IMG/VR virus record: IMGVR_UViG_3300037483_000453
Span: 64,001-128,000 of that record
Direction: 5' to 3' (one strand)
DNA: 64,000 bases
From: a virus
Part shown: positions 18,011 through 27,688 of the stretch, piece by piece
Numbering within the stretch: the stretch's first letter is position 1
Layout: each line of letters opens with the position of its first letter
Program-made: the position numbers and the translations under genes
Notes under the pieces: model-generated
Told to the model about the DNA's origin: nothing
Seen by the model: only the letters and a program-made list of their open reading frames with translations
The model's database searches: none

Positions 18011-18703
18011 TTAGTCGACAATCATGGACACCATGGCCAGCACATCTTCATGAACATCACCGAGGGTTTCTGGAAACAGTTTGTATGCGATCCGTTTATT
18101 TGAGGTAGAGCGAACATAAAAGAACATTGTCTGCCGCATGCCTCGACGAGCCATCTCCAGAAAGTCGAGGGCTGTACTAAACTCAAGGTCATTTTTTAGC
18201 CGTTTGCGCTGCACACTTTGCAACAGCTGGTTGGAGAGACTTAGATAGGATGTCCAGGGTTCCTCTGTTCCGAACTCCTGCGCCACTACATGAAAGTACT
18301 CTTCGCTAAGTGATTGGAATACCTGCGCCCAGTACATGATGGTGTTAACAGTGGGGAGATCTGAAAGCTCTAGCTCTTGCTCTACCTTCAGGTGAAGTGC
18401 TACAACGGCTGACGGCTCAATATCAGCAGATGGAATGTCGGCACCGATGATATTGAGCAACTGAGTCACCTTTCTTTCGAGGCGGTACGCTGTCATCTCA
18501 GCTCGAGCAGCCCTGGCAGCCACGTTGATCAAGGTGGTGTTTGACTCCCGGATCTCCTTCAGTTGGTAAACCTCGTTGGGGTCGTACATGTTGGTGCCTC
18601 TTACAGACCGAGCTCGGATGAGGCCGTCATGTGCCATTTGGTTCAGTCGTCGTTTACTGACCTGTAAAATCTGAGAGGCTTCATCTGAGTTGATGAGTTC
18701 CAT
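18011..18703 (-). CDS. MerR/excisionase-like HTH DNA-binding protein
   Basis: N-terminal INSDEASQILQVSKRRLNQMAHDGLIRARSVRGTNMYDPNEV followed by a coiled coil. Confidence 0.7.
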   Translation of the reverse strand: MELINSDEASQILQVSKRRLNQMAHDGLIRARSVRGTNMYDPNEVYQLKEIRESNTTLINVAARAARAEMTAYRLERKVTQLLNIIGADIPSADIEPSAVVALHLKVEQELELSDLPTVNTIMYWAQVFQSLSEEYFHVVAQEFGTEEPWTSYLSLSNQLLQSVQRKRLKNDLEFSTALDFLEMARRGMRQTMFFYVRSTSNKRIAYKLFPETLGDVHEDVLAMVSMIVD

Positions 18704-18750
18704 ATTTCGCCATACTCCTGGGTGTGTGGTATTTTTGTACCGGAGGACTT

Positions 18751-19956
18751 ATGAACGATCTCCCATCGAGCCTGGCGCTACAACAGAACAACGCAAAGCC
18801 CAAGACTGGGGAAGAGCTAGAGGTACTTGGTAAGGAGGCTGCAACCCAGTTTCTGCGTGGAAACTATGGGTCTCTCACCGATGCAGTGGTTGGAACAGTC
18901 AAGACGTCTGGTCTCTCACCTGAGCAGGTGCGCAGGGTTGTTGAGTTCACTAACGTGGACGCATTCAATCAAGAGTTCAAGAAGGAGGGCTCGGGGCACA
19001 AGGTGGTCCAGTTTGAGGGTGGCCCGGCTGACTACCCAGAGGTCCTGCGTGAGCTCAATGACGGCAGTGGTGGGACGGTATTTGACAAGCACGCACACGA
19101 CTACTCCACACCTCCTCCAAACATGTCGCTTCTGGCGCTGCAGGATGAGGACAAGTTGGGTGTCGAAAATGAGAAGTTGGCAGCAGCCTTTGGGGTGGAG
19201 GGGTACCAGCTGCCCTTTGCTGATCCCTTGCGTGAGGCTCTCGACACCAAGGATAAGTTGGCTCGTGCTGAGGAGGACCTGGCCACTGAGCTCACACACC
19301 TTGAGGGCCAGTACCTCGATATCGTGGACAGCCTAAACCAAGAGGTGAAGCAAGCGTGTCTGGGTGGCATCGAGCTTGGGCAGGTAGTCCAAGCTTGGAG
19401 CACGGTTACCTCGAAGCCCGAGTTTATGAAGGCCGCGTTTGCCCAGCTGACCCCCCGGCTGTTGAAGGGTGAGGTGTACCCCTCAAAGGAAGCGATTGGT
19501 GAGTCACTGTTGAAGACGGCCAGCGCCGGGATGGTCAACCCTGAGCATCCGCTAGTGGTACGATTTCAGGATTTTTGTGAGACACTGACCAAGATGGCAG
19601 AGACCCGAGTCGCTCACGCTGGCGTAGGTGAGCAGATTGACCGACTGGGAACTTTCTTGAAGGCAGCAGCTGCCCCGGGCGAGTTGGCCGGGGCTGTCAA
19701 GGGGACCTGGGAAGCAGCCAAGTCTATGTCTCAGAAGGCGGCACCACTTGTGGGGAAGACTATCAGGGGGGTTGGGGGAGCGGCTGGGGATATTGCTGAG
19801 GTAGCCATTCCTTGGGTGCCAGAGGCTGCGCTAGCAGGCGGTGCCTACAAGGCTCATGACATGGCACAGCGCAGCCCTAGGGTGCAGCGGGCTCTTAGTT
19901 ATGTGCCTGGAACGAAGCAACAGAAGATTCGGCAGTACTACGAACGACAGAGGTGA
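18751..19956 (+). CDS. Putative head core/internal protein, K-x-A rich
   Basis: GGAGG RBS before ATG 18751. About 11 K-x-A motifs and a C-terminal Gly/Ala amphipathic segment. Confidence 0.6.
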   Translation: MNDLPSSLALQQNNAKPKTGEELEVLGKEAATQFLRGNYGSLTDAVVGTVKTSGLSPEQVRRVVEFTNVDAFNQEFKKEGSGHKVVQFEGGPADYPEVLRELNDGSGGTVFDKHAHDYSTPPPNMSLLALQDEDKLGVENEKLAAAFGVEGYQLPFADPLREALDTKDKLARAEEDLATELTHLEGQYLDIVDSLNQEVKQACLGGIELGQVVQAWSTVTSKPEFMKAAFAQLTPRLLKGEVYPSKEAIGESLLKTASAGMVNPEHPLVVRFQDFCETLTKMAETRVAHAGVGEQIDRLGTFLKAAAAPGELAGAVKGTWEAAKSMSQKAAPLVGKTIRGVGGAAGDIAEVAIPWVPEAALAGGAYKAHDMAQRSPRVQRALSYVPGTKQQKIRQYYERQR

Positions 19957-19959
19957 TGT

Positions 19960-20517
19960 GTGGGCAACCCAATAGACGACTACCTCGAGATCACCTCTCA
20001 GAAAACGGCCGGCCTTAGCCAGGCTGTACGTGGTTATCGTAGAGCGTTTGGTGCAGAACAGCTCGGTGGCTTGGCTGGCTCTGCGACCATGGTGGCCGGG
20101 GTTAGCATCCTTGCAGAGGCAGCACGCAGGGCCTACATGGCAGCCACAAAAAGCCTGGACCACAAGCTGATGCTCGAGGTGAATCCGGATTTGGTCGAAA
20201 ACCAGAGTGCCGATCCCAAGATGTTCAGCCAGCACTACAACTCGTTGCGGCGCATGAATCCCCACTTTGCACAGGACCCAGTTGTGGCAGGGGCTTACAT
20301 GCGTCGTATGAGTGAGTTCCCGCACAACGCGGGCTCCATCTTGGTTGAGTCACTAAAGGAAGCCCCGAAGTCCGAGGCCCTCAGAAACTTTAGTGCGGGG
20401 TTGGGCATTGCCCAGCAGGCTGCCGCACCTTCACCGATGGAACAAGCTAGGCTCGAAGAGCAACAGATGAAGCTGCACCGTGCAAAGAGTGAGTCGCAGG
20501 ACGACGCTGGATACTAG
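19960..20517 (+). CDS. Putative internal virion protein with one hydrophobic segment
   Basis: 185 aa; leader IDDYLEITSQKTAG; hydrophobic LGGLAGSATMVAGVSILA. Confidence 0.55.
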   Translation: MGNPIDDYLEITSQKTAGLSQAVRGYRRAFGAEQLGGLAGSATMVAGVSILAEAARRAYMAATKSLDHKLMLEVNPDLVENQSADPKMFSQHYNSLRRMNPHFAQDPVVAGAYMRRMSEFPHNAGSILVESLKEAPKSEALRNFSAGLGIAQQAAAPSPMEQARLEEQQMKLHRAKSESQDDAGY

Positions 20518-20520
20518 CAC

Positions 20521-23385
20521 GTGCTGAAGGTCAGCCATTTCCAGGGTCAGTCTGACTATGGCGTCACTGCTATCCCACTCTTTGGCAAGGCTGACAAAGA
20601 GTTTGAAAAGCATGCATCTTCTGGGCTGCTCCCTGATGTAGTTCGCTACATTGGGGCGTTACGCCCCAGCCAAAGCTCTCAGTATGTCTTGGTCAACGCC
20701 ATGGGCGCTGGCGAGTGGTACGGCAGTAATGTGAATGGAGATAATTTTCCTGAAGCTGGCCTTATCCACATGCCGCCCAACTGGACCGGTGTACCTGTCA
20801 TAGACATGGTTGTGGCTAAGAACTGGGCTTATGGTTTCCCGACGTTCTATAACGCGCATCCCTATGCGCACCACCGTAACAAAGACCCCGGGCGTGCATT
20901 CGGTAATGTGGAACTTGCCACGTGGAACCCACTCATGCGGCGTGTCGAGCTTGTGGTGCGCGTGGATCAGGATAAGTGCATGAGGTATGGGGGCGAGGGT
21001 GTCTGGGATAAGCTGCGTCTTGGGCAGCACCCCGATGTGTCCATGGGTACTCGAGTTCCTTATGACACATGTTTTCCAGCCGGGACCCTTGTCAGAACTG
21101 CCGAAGGCCACAAGGCCATAGAGGATTTGCAACGGGGCGAGTTTGTACTGACGCACACCGGTAAGCTGCTTCAGGTCACGGATACAATGCGGAGGGAGAC
21201 TCAGGATCTTCTTCGCGTACGCTGCTCTGGGCTACCAGATATAGATGTTACTGACAACCACGAGTTCTTGGTGCTGCGGAAAGAGCAGGCCAGGACGTGT
21301 AAAGGTTCGGCGAACGGGCAGAGAGTGCGGCACACGTTCCGGGACGAGTCTAGTACGTGTTCAAGATGCGGTCGTACCCAAGAGTATGAGTTGGACTGGG
21401 CAGCGGTGGAGACGTTGAAGCCAGGTGACTACGTTGCTGTCCCAGCCCATAGGAACAGCGGCTCCTTTGAAGTGTCACCAATCCGCGCTCGGGTAGCGGG
21501 GTATTACCTGGGTGACGGCTACATTCTCAAGCAGCGCACAGGTAAAAAGAAGGATGGTGATTACCGTGACATGGGCGTGGGCTTCTCTGTTGGAACGGTA
21601 GAGGAAGCCCACCTTCAGAGACTCTTGTCAGCTCTCTCTGAGCTAGGGAGCAAGAACGAAGCGCTAGTTTATGATGCTGGCTGCGGTAGGAAAGCGCATA
21701 TAGTCAGCTTGTTCGACCAGGGTCTAGCAGCCTGGCTACAACAGACAGTGGGGAGAACATCCCACGGCAAGCGCATCTCTTCAGAGGTGTACTGCTGGAA
21801 TGAGGAGGCCAGGCTAGAGCTTGTTGCTGGGTACATTGATACAGACGGCTCGTTTGACCTTGCCAGTGGGCAGCTAAGAGTTGCTTCGGTAAATAGGGGC
21901 TTGCTCCTTGATGTGCAGCGTCTGCTCCTGTCCCTTCGGATAACAGCTACTGTCTGCTACGGCGGATCATCCACTGGCTTCAGCGAAACTCCGGTAGTCT
22001 GCTGGTACCTAGTTCTGTCCGGAGCCCAGGCCCAGCGATTTCTTGGCCGTTCTGTGAAGGTCCAGAAGCGGGAAGTCTCCTGGGAGTCTCCGCAGTCATT
22101 CTTCTGGGGAGACTATTGGCTTACCCCAGTGAAGGCTATCGAAGAGCTCGACAAGGAGACCTCTGTCTTCAACATCAGCGTAGATCAGGACGAGAGCTAC
22201 GTGGCTGAGGGGCGGGTCGTCCACAACTGTTCTATCTGCCTTGACTGGGATCTTTACAAAGATGTGCAGTCTCGCCCAGGTAGCGAGGCATCGCCAGGGC
22301 GTAAAATCCTAGAGTTCCACAAACAGAAGAAGTCCAAGGACGGGGTGGGCATCCGAGGTCTATCTGTTACTCGAAAAGATTATTGTGAGCATGCCAAGAA
22401 TCAGATGAACAAGATCCTGCCCGATGGCAGGAAGGTCTGGGTCTACAACGACTACCCGCGTTTCTTTGACATCAGCTTTGTTTATATTGGAGCAGATAAG
22501 ACTGCGAAAGTGATGCTCTTTGTATTTCACAATGGGCAGGCCCATTCTGTGAAGTCTTCTGCCGAGGTGGCTGAGGCTATGGGTACCAAGGAGCCTGATG
22601 AGAAGATTGCCTCTGTGCCAGACGAGTTGCTAAAGTCTGCCTTTGGCAAGTTGGCCAGGCCGAAGAAAGCTGAGATCGACAAAAATACTGTTCCCAGCCA
22701 GTTCGCGGGAAAGGCTGTACCTTTGTTGACTGGGGGTGAGCCTGATGTGCCACGTGAAACTTTAGATGGGCTCGGGGCTCTGCCTATCAAAGATGTCTTG
22801 TCCACACTCACTGGCATGGGCATTGTGCTCAAACCACGGGAGTTTCAAAGGATTACGCTGGTTCATCTAGAAAACAGAGACTTAGCTGATGAACTGGATG
22901 ACAAGAATGAAGTGTTTCCTAGGTCAGGCGAGACTAGATGTATGGACCTTGACAAGGACTCGTACAGACCGGGGTTGGCCCGGTTGCTTCAGTCTCTGAT
23001 GTTTGCTCGCTCAGGCCTGGGCCCCCTAGTAGAGAAGCGGGTGCTAGTATCTACGGGTGGGTTTGAAAAGAAAGAAGCAAGCGTGCCTTCCCATCATGGG
23101 GAACTACTCGCTAAGATTGGCTCTGCTTATAACGGCTATCGGCAGAGCGTCATGACACTAGTAGCCCACACACAAGATCTTCTGGCAGCAAGTGGAACAA
23201 GTCCCGAGCTGAGCAAACTGGCGTGCGCCAGTCCAGAACAGATTTTTACCCCATTGTCTGTTGCCTACCTTCAGTGTGCCCATCTTGATGGGTTTGGGGT
23301 TCCAAGCAATGGGGTGGTAAAACTGTCAACAGACGTAAGTCAACGTGGAGAGGGGTCACCCCTTGAAGAACACGTGGCCAACTGA
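20521..23385 (+). CDS. Prohead maturation protease (HK97/assemblin-type fold) with intein and long C-terminal extension
   Basis: HPYAHHRN, GNVELA, VELVVRVD and DVSMG (candidate nucleophile Ser at 21040), located upstream of scaffold-like genes and the MCP. Confidence 0.75.
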   Translation: MLKVSHFQGQSDYGVTAIPLFGKADKEFEKHASSGLLPDVVRYIGALRPSQSSQYVLVNAMGAGEWYGSNVNGDNFPEAGLIHMPPNWTGVPVIDMVVAKNWAYGFPTFYNAHPYAHHRNKDPGRAFGNVELATWNPLMRRVELVVRVDQDKCMRYGGEGVWDKLRLGQHPDVSMGTRVPYDTCFPAGTLVRTAEGHKAIEDLQRGEFVLTHTGKLLQVTDTMRRETQDLLRVRCSGLPDIDVTDNHEFLVLRKEQARTCKGSANGQRVRHTFRDESSTCSRCGRTQEYELDWAAVETLKPGDYVAVPAHRNSGSFEVSPIRARVAGYYLGDGYILKQRTGKKKDGDYRDMGVGFSVGTVEEAHLQRLLSALSELGSKNEALVYDAGCGRKAHIVSLFDQGLAAWLQQTVGRTSHGKRISSEVYCWNEEARLELVAGYIDTDGSFDLASGQLRVASVNRGLLLDVQRLLLSLRITATVCYGGSSTGFSETPVVCWYLVLSGAQAQRFLGRSVKVQKREVSWESPQSFFWGDYWLTPVKAIEELDKETSVFNISVDQDESYVAEGRVVHNCSICLDWDLYKDVQSRPGSEASPGRKILEFHKQKKSKDGVGIRGLSVTRKDYCEHAKNQMNKILPDGRKVWVYNDYPRFFDISFVYIGADKTAKVMLFVFHNGQAHSVKSSAEVAEAMGTKEPDEKIASVPDELLKSAFGKLARPKKAEIDKNTVPSQFAGKAVPLLTGGEPDVPRETLDGLGALPIKDVLSTLTGMGIVLKPREFQRITLVHLENRDLADELDDKNEVFPRSGETRCMDLDKDSYRPGLARLLQSLMFARSGLGPLVEKRVLVSTGGFEKKEASVPSHHGELLAKIGSAYNGYRQSVMTLVAHTQDLLAASGTSPELSKLACASPEQIFTPLSVAYLQCAHLDGFGVPSNGVVKLSTDVSQRGEGSPLEEHVAN
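21070..22227 (+). mobile_element. Intein with LAGLIDADG endonuclease in the prohead protease (386 aa)
   Basis: Starts CFPAGTLV, ends RVVHN, +1 Cys. VAGYYLGDG and LVAGYIDTDG motifs. Excision gives VPYDT-CSIC. Confidence 0.93.
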
Positions 23386-23416
23386 GACAACCACGGATTC
23401 ATCAGGAGATAGCATC

Positions 23417-24085
23417 ATGTCAATGGACCAGGAACTCGCCGACATGTACGGCACCACCACGGAAGACCAGGAGAAGGTCGCGGAAGTAGCCTTGTTTGCC
23501 AAGCTGGCGGCAAAGCATGAGATCGATTTGAGCAAGTACAGTGACGAACAGGTCGTCGAGATGTACGAGGCCACTATGGGGAAAACCGCTGAAGAGGAGC
23601 TCCCTGATGATGAGCAGGAGGCCAAGTTGGCTGCGGCAGCTCAGGCTGAGTTTCAGGTGAAGCGCGAGTGGCAGGAAAAGGTCGCAGAGTGTGACAAGCT
23701 CGGCCGCGTCATGGCACATGCCTACGTGCAGGAGCTGGGATTGATCGAGAAGGCTGCGGGTGAGGTTCCTCCTCAGTTTGCCAAGAAGGACGAGGGGGAG
23801 AAGAAAGACAAAGAGTCCGAGGAACCCAAGGACGAGGAGGGCAAGGACGAGGAGAAGGAGGCATCGGCTGTCGATGTACTTGCTGCTCGTCATGCTGTGG
23901 AGCTGGCCAAAGAGGCTGGCATCGATCCCGCCATTGCTGCTCGGAAACTTGATGCGGTGCTGACCCTAGGGGGTCCTGGACCCAGTGAGAAGACCGCGTC
24001 GGCGAACTCCTTCGAGGAGTCCATTCACATCCGTGCGCTCGAGTTCCTCGAGACTGCGGGTTACCCAGTTGCTTGGGCGGAATAG
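23417..24085 (+). CDS. Acidic scaffold/core-like protein
   Basis: AGGAG RBS before ATG 23417; E/K-rich helical; 9 K-x-A motifs in 222 aa. Confidence 0.6.
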   Translation: MSMDQELADMYGTTTEDQEKVAEVALFAKLAAKHEIDLSKYSDEQVVEMYEATMGKTAEEELPDDEQEAKLAAAAQAEFQVKREWQEKVAECDKLGRVMAHAYVQELGLIEKAAGEVPPQFAKKDEGEKKDKESEEPKDEEGKDEEKEASAVDVLAARHAVELAKEAGIDPAIAARKLDAVLTLGGPGPSEKTASANSFEESIHIRALEFLETAGYPVAWAE

Positions 24086-24115
24086 ACCAGTAGGACCGAG
24101 GCATGGGCGACCAGG

Positions 24116-25495
24116 ATGAACAGAAAACTTGCAGAGTCAGCTGGATCGGCACCGCCCGATCCAGCGATGTCGCAAGCAGCTGCGTCGCCCATACCTTCTC
24201 CTGCGCTAGCGAACAAGACAGCCCCAGGGCAAACCGGTCCACGAGGGCTCTCACCCCGGACCACCTATTCCCGAGTGAACACTGGAACTCCTCCCCCTTC
24301 GATGGCGCTTGCCGGTCTCAAGGGCATGCCTGCACGGGGCTCTGAGTTCTTGCCTGCGAAAGTAGCCGAGGTACATACAATGAACATGGCAGAACGACCG
24401 ACCCTGCAGGATATGATCAAGTCTGCGATGGCTGGCACTGTTGCACGTGTCAACGTCAACGATGAGGCGGCACGACAACTGGCGGTTCACCAAGGGGAGG
24501 ACCCTGAGAAGGTGGCCAGTGTTGACGATCTACCGGACCACTACACAACCGACCATATCGAAAAGATGGCATCGGCCCTCGACTATATTGCGGGGGAGAT
24601 CAAAGTCGCCGATGAAGGCAACGTTCAGCAGCCGGGTCAGGGCCCTGGGGCCTTGGATGTTTTGGAAGCTACCTCGTCAGAGGAGAATATTGATGCAGGT
24701 GAGGCTGGCAGGGCTATCACTCAGCATCTACCCAAGGACGACCCACCCCAGCAGAAGGAGGAGGTCCAGGTGGGTAAGGCCAACACGGGCATGGAGACCA
24801 ATGATGGCACCATGCACCCGGAACAACCTGTCAAGCCCATCGTGAACCAGAACGCTAGCATCACTCCAGCGAACCCACTGTCAACTCCCACTACTCAGAC
24901 CAAAGAGTCTTCGGTCAACCTCGGGGTTGCCAACTTCGAGCGCCTGAAGAAGGTTAGTGAGCTCCACGGCAAGTACAGTAAGAACAAAGAGGCTGGTGTC
25001 AATGTGGCCCTCATTCGCAAGCTTGCAGAGGACGCACTCAGCCCTGCAGGTATCGAGGCAGGTAAGCAGGACATGCCCGATTACTCTGCATCGGAGCAGA
25101 GTGTTCCAGCGCAGCCTGCCGATGTGAAGCGGCAAGCACGTTCGATGCTCGGCAGCAACGAGGCTGCAATCGGCTACACCAAGCAGGAGGCAAAGGCCGA
25201 TCCCATTGGTGACGTCAATCAAGTACTTGCACAGCCTGCGATGACACGAAAGAACGATCCTGTTCTTCACAAGGTTCTCGACAATACAGGCGCAGCAGGT
25301 GTGAAGATTTCGTCTGTCAATGACTCGGTCAAAGTTGCTGCAGCACGCGCACTGTTGTCAAACATGATGGATAAGGCAGCGGCGGAAAAAGAAGAACAGA
25401 GTGAAGATAAAAAGAAGGAGAAGGCGTCACAGATGGGCGCTGCTCCCTCTTCTCCTTCCGCCGCTTCCGGTTTCACCGCTTCTAGTCTAAGCTGA
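24116..25495 (+). CDS. Scaffold/core-like protein, largely disordered (alternative start 24380)
   Basis: 459-aa P/E/Q/A-rich ORF with about 11 K-x-A motifs, in the head operon. Confidence 0.6.
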   Translation: MNRKLAESAGSAPPDPAMSQAAASPIPSPALANKTAPGQTGPRGLSPRTTYSRVNTGTPPPSMALAGLKGMPARGSEFLPAKVAEVHTMNMAERPTLQDMIKSAMAGTVARVNVNDEAARQLAVHQGEDPEKVASVDDLPDHYTTDHIEKMASALDYIAGEIKVADEGNVQQPGQGPGALDVLEATSSEENIDAGEAGRAITQHLPKDDPPQQKEEVQVGKANTGMETNDGTMHPEQPVKPIVNQNASITPANPLSTPTTQTKESSVNLGVANFERLKKVSELHGKYSKNKEAGVNVALIRKLAEDALSPAGIEAGKQDMPDYSASEQSVPAQPADVKRQARSMLGSNEAAIGYTKQEAKADPIGDVNQVLAQPAMTRKNDPVLHKVLDNTGAAGVKISSVNDSVKVAAARALLSNMMDKAAAEKEEQSEDKKKEKASQMGAAPSSPSAASGFTASSLS

Positions 25496-25502
25496 GGTAC
25501 AC

Positions 25503-25862
25503 ATGGCAGATCTCGACAAAGAGAAGGTAGCGAAGGTACTGGCGGATAGCGCACAGGCGCTCCGGTCTGTCACTGCAGAGCGCGACAAGCTGGCGGAACA
25601 GAACTACAGGATGAGCCGTCACTTTGAAGCACAGAAGCTCGCAGCCGTGATGCACGAGAAGGGCATCAACATGGATGTGGACACAGAGGCTCTCGTAGAC
25701 AAGCTCGAGAAGGCTGCGGAAGCTGGTCGGCTACCTGCGATTCAGGAAGCCATGGATATGATGGCGCCCAACATGGGCTTCACTGGAACACTCACGAATG
25801 ATGATGTCCACGGTAGTGGCGAAACGGCTTTCGAAAGCTTCATCATTGGTGGCGTTGGCTGA
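25503..25862 (+). CDS. Small coiled-coil scaffold-like protein
   Basis: 119 aa with KVAK, KLAE, KLAA, KAAE and C-terminal FESFII. Confidence 0.6.
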   Translation: MADLDKEKVAKVLADSAQALRSVTAERDKLAEQNYRMSRHFEAQKLAAVMHEKGINMDVDTEALVDKLEKAAEAGRLPAIQEAMDMMAPNMGFTGTLTNDDVHGSGETAFESFIIGGVG

Positions 25863-25886
25863 TAGGCCTAAAAGGAGAGCATTCAA

Positions 25887-26411
25887 ATGAGCACGGTTGA
25901 ACGAATCAACTTCGAGCCGGTCAGTGACATCCTGGCCACCCAGCGCCGGGACTTTGCGCTGGCCGACAAGGAACTGGCGGTTGCCCTGAACCCGGTGGCA
26001 CTCGTTGATGGCGAGTACATGGTTCTCAACAGCGCCTACAAGCTGGTGCGTGCATCGACCGTTGCCTCCCCTGGTGACTTGGCCACCCAGAACAGCTACA
26101 CGCTGTTCGCAGAGCGTGGTCGATACGATGTTCAAGCCATGGCCGAGAAGAAGATGCCAATCATCTGGATGGGTGACTTTGAGGCCGACACTCGCATCTT
26201 TGATGCGTCGGTGGCCCTAGGCTCAGGTGCGGCGATCACGTTCGCCGGACAGCCGCTGAAGGTGGCTACCATTACGCTCGGGTCTCGAAACTACAGTGGC
26301 CTTGTTGGTCACGGTGGTACCGCTGATACCGACCCGATTGTGGGTCGCGTTTCGCGTCTCCCTGCCAGTAACGGTGGGAAGCTGCGTTACGTGAGGGCGG
26401 CAACCATCTAA
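25887..26411 (+). CDS. Putative capsid decoration/cement protein
   Basis: 174-aa beta-rich ORF with AAGGAG RBS, immediately upstream of the MCP. Confidence 0.55.
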   Translation: MSTVERINFEPVSDILATQRRDFALADKELAVALNPVALVDGEYMVLNSAYKLVRASTVASPGDLATQNSYTLFAERGRYDVQAMAEKKMPIIWMGDFEADTRIFDASVALGSGAAITFAGQPLKVATITLGSRNYSGLVGHGGTADTDPIVGRVSRLPASNGGKLRYVRAATI

Positions 26412-26454
26412 TCCTCGGCTGGTCCGTAGGGAGAAGGGAAGAAGGCACAAGACC

Positions 26455-27573
26455 ATGAGCGTTTCACCACGCATGTTGAACGAACTCTTCGCCCAGAAGC
26501 TGAGCTCAGCTGAGGGTAAAGAAAAGGTCGCCGAGTACGGCGGTAGTTACATCCGAGATCGGCTTCGTGAAGTCAGCTTTGCGCGGAAGGTCATTCCACC
26601 TGAGCAGGTCACTCGCGCGGATTGCGAGCGCTCGGTGAACCATGACACCCTCGTGAAGATTGTCGATGTGGAGCCGAAGAGTCGGGCCGTGACGATGTCC
26701 TTCCGTGGGCAGCCGTCAGCACGCTTCATTCGTGGTTCCAGGGCAGAGGTTGCCTTCTACACCATCTCTTCAGAGATGTTTCAGAAGACGGAGCAGGAGC
26801 TTCTGGCCTACGAGATGCCCATCACCAAGATCATCGAAGAGAACGCGGTGAAGGACATCCAGGAGATCGAGGACCGCGAGTTCGTGATGCACATCGAGGC
26901 GGCTTGCCAGGCACTGCAGACTGAGGCGAATGGTGGGGTTTCGACCGCGCTGAACTTCACGGCTGTTGGTACCACGGTGGAGTTCTCGATTATCAAGGGC
27001 GAGCTTGCTCGTACCGCGGGTTCAGATGATGCGGTGGTTCGACCACTGCAGCGCCCTGACCTCGTGAACCTTTTTAAGCTGCTTGACGGTAACCGCCTGC
27101 GCACCGAGCGCCTGCTGTTCACCGAGGTGGACTGGGACGATCTTCTTCAGTGGACTGTTGAGGACTTTGGTGACCGCGTCCAGTCCGAGACATCGATCGA
27201 TGGCTACAAGTACAACACAGTCTTGGGCCGTCCGTATGTCCGGACCATCAAGACTGACATCCTGCGGCCTGGCAACGTGTATGCGTTCACCAAGCCTGAG
27301 TTCTTCGGTAGGTTCTTCGTTTTGAACAACACGAAGTTCTACATCGACAAGATCGCCAACACGATTACTTTCCAGGCTTGGGAAGACATTGGTATGTCGA
27401 TCATCAACATCGCGGCGGTTCGTAAGCTCGAGCTCTACTCGGGTGATGGTAACCCTTCGACGGACACGGACGGGCTGCTGTCCAACTTTGTCCCGGTGGA
27501 TGAAGACCAGCTTGGTGCTGTCAACAACAGGGTGGACCAGGGGCTCAAGTTCCCCCAGGTATCTCAGTATTAG
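26455..27573 (+). CDS. Major capsid protein (HK97-type inferred)
   Basis: 372 aa, strongly C/G-ending codons, follows protease/scaffold/cement genes and is followed by a strong terminator. Confidence 0.8.
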   Translation: MSVSPRMLNELFAQKLSSAEGKEKVAEYGGSYIRDRLREVSFARKVIPPEQVTRADCERSVNHDTLVKIVDVEPKSRAVTMSFRGQPSARFIRGSRAEVAFYTISSEMFQKTEQELLAYEMPITKIIEENAVKDIQEIEDREFVMHIEAACQALQTEANGGVSTALNFTAVGTTVEFSIIKGELARTAGSDDAVVRPLQRPDLVNLFKLLDGNRLRTERLLFTEVDWDDLLQWTVEDFGDRVQSETSIDGYKYNTVLGRPYVRTIKTDILRPGNVYAFTKPEFFGRFFVLNNTKFYIDKIANTITFQAWEDIGMSIINIAAVRKLELYSGDGNPSTDTDGLLSNFVPVDEDQLGAVNNRVDQGLKFPQVSQY

Positions 27574-27591
27574 CATCGGCATGCTCGACGG

Positions 27592-27628
27592 AAGGGGCGT
27601 CGGTGCCGGATGGCCCGGCGCCCTTTTT
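27592..27628 (+). terminator. Rho-independent terminator after the MCP
   Basis: aaggggcgtcgg-tgccggatggc-ccggcgccc-ttttt GC hairpin plus T5. Confidence 0.8.
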
Positions 27629-27688
27629 CGTGGGCAAGATTGAACATAGCGGGGGCGCTAAGGGCTCCAATAGTGAAGGAGGAATGAC

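Noticed and set aside
21005-21012. GGGATAAG inside the protease gene as another promoter copy
   Set aside because: Opposite orientation, partial match and intragenic; likely chance.
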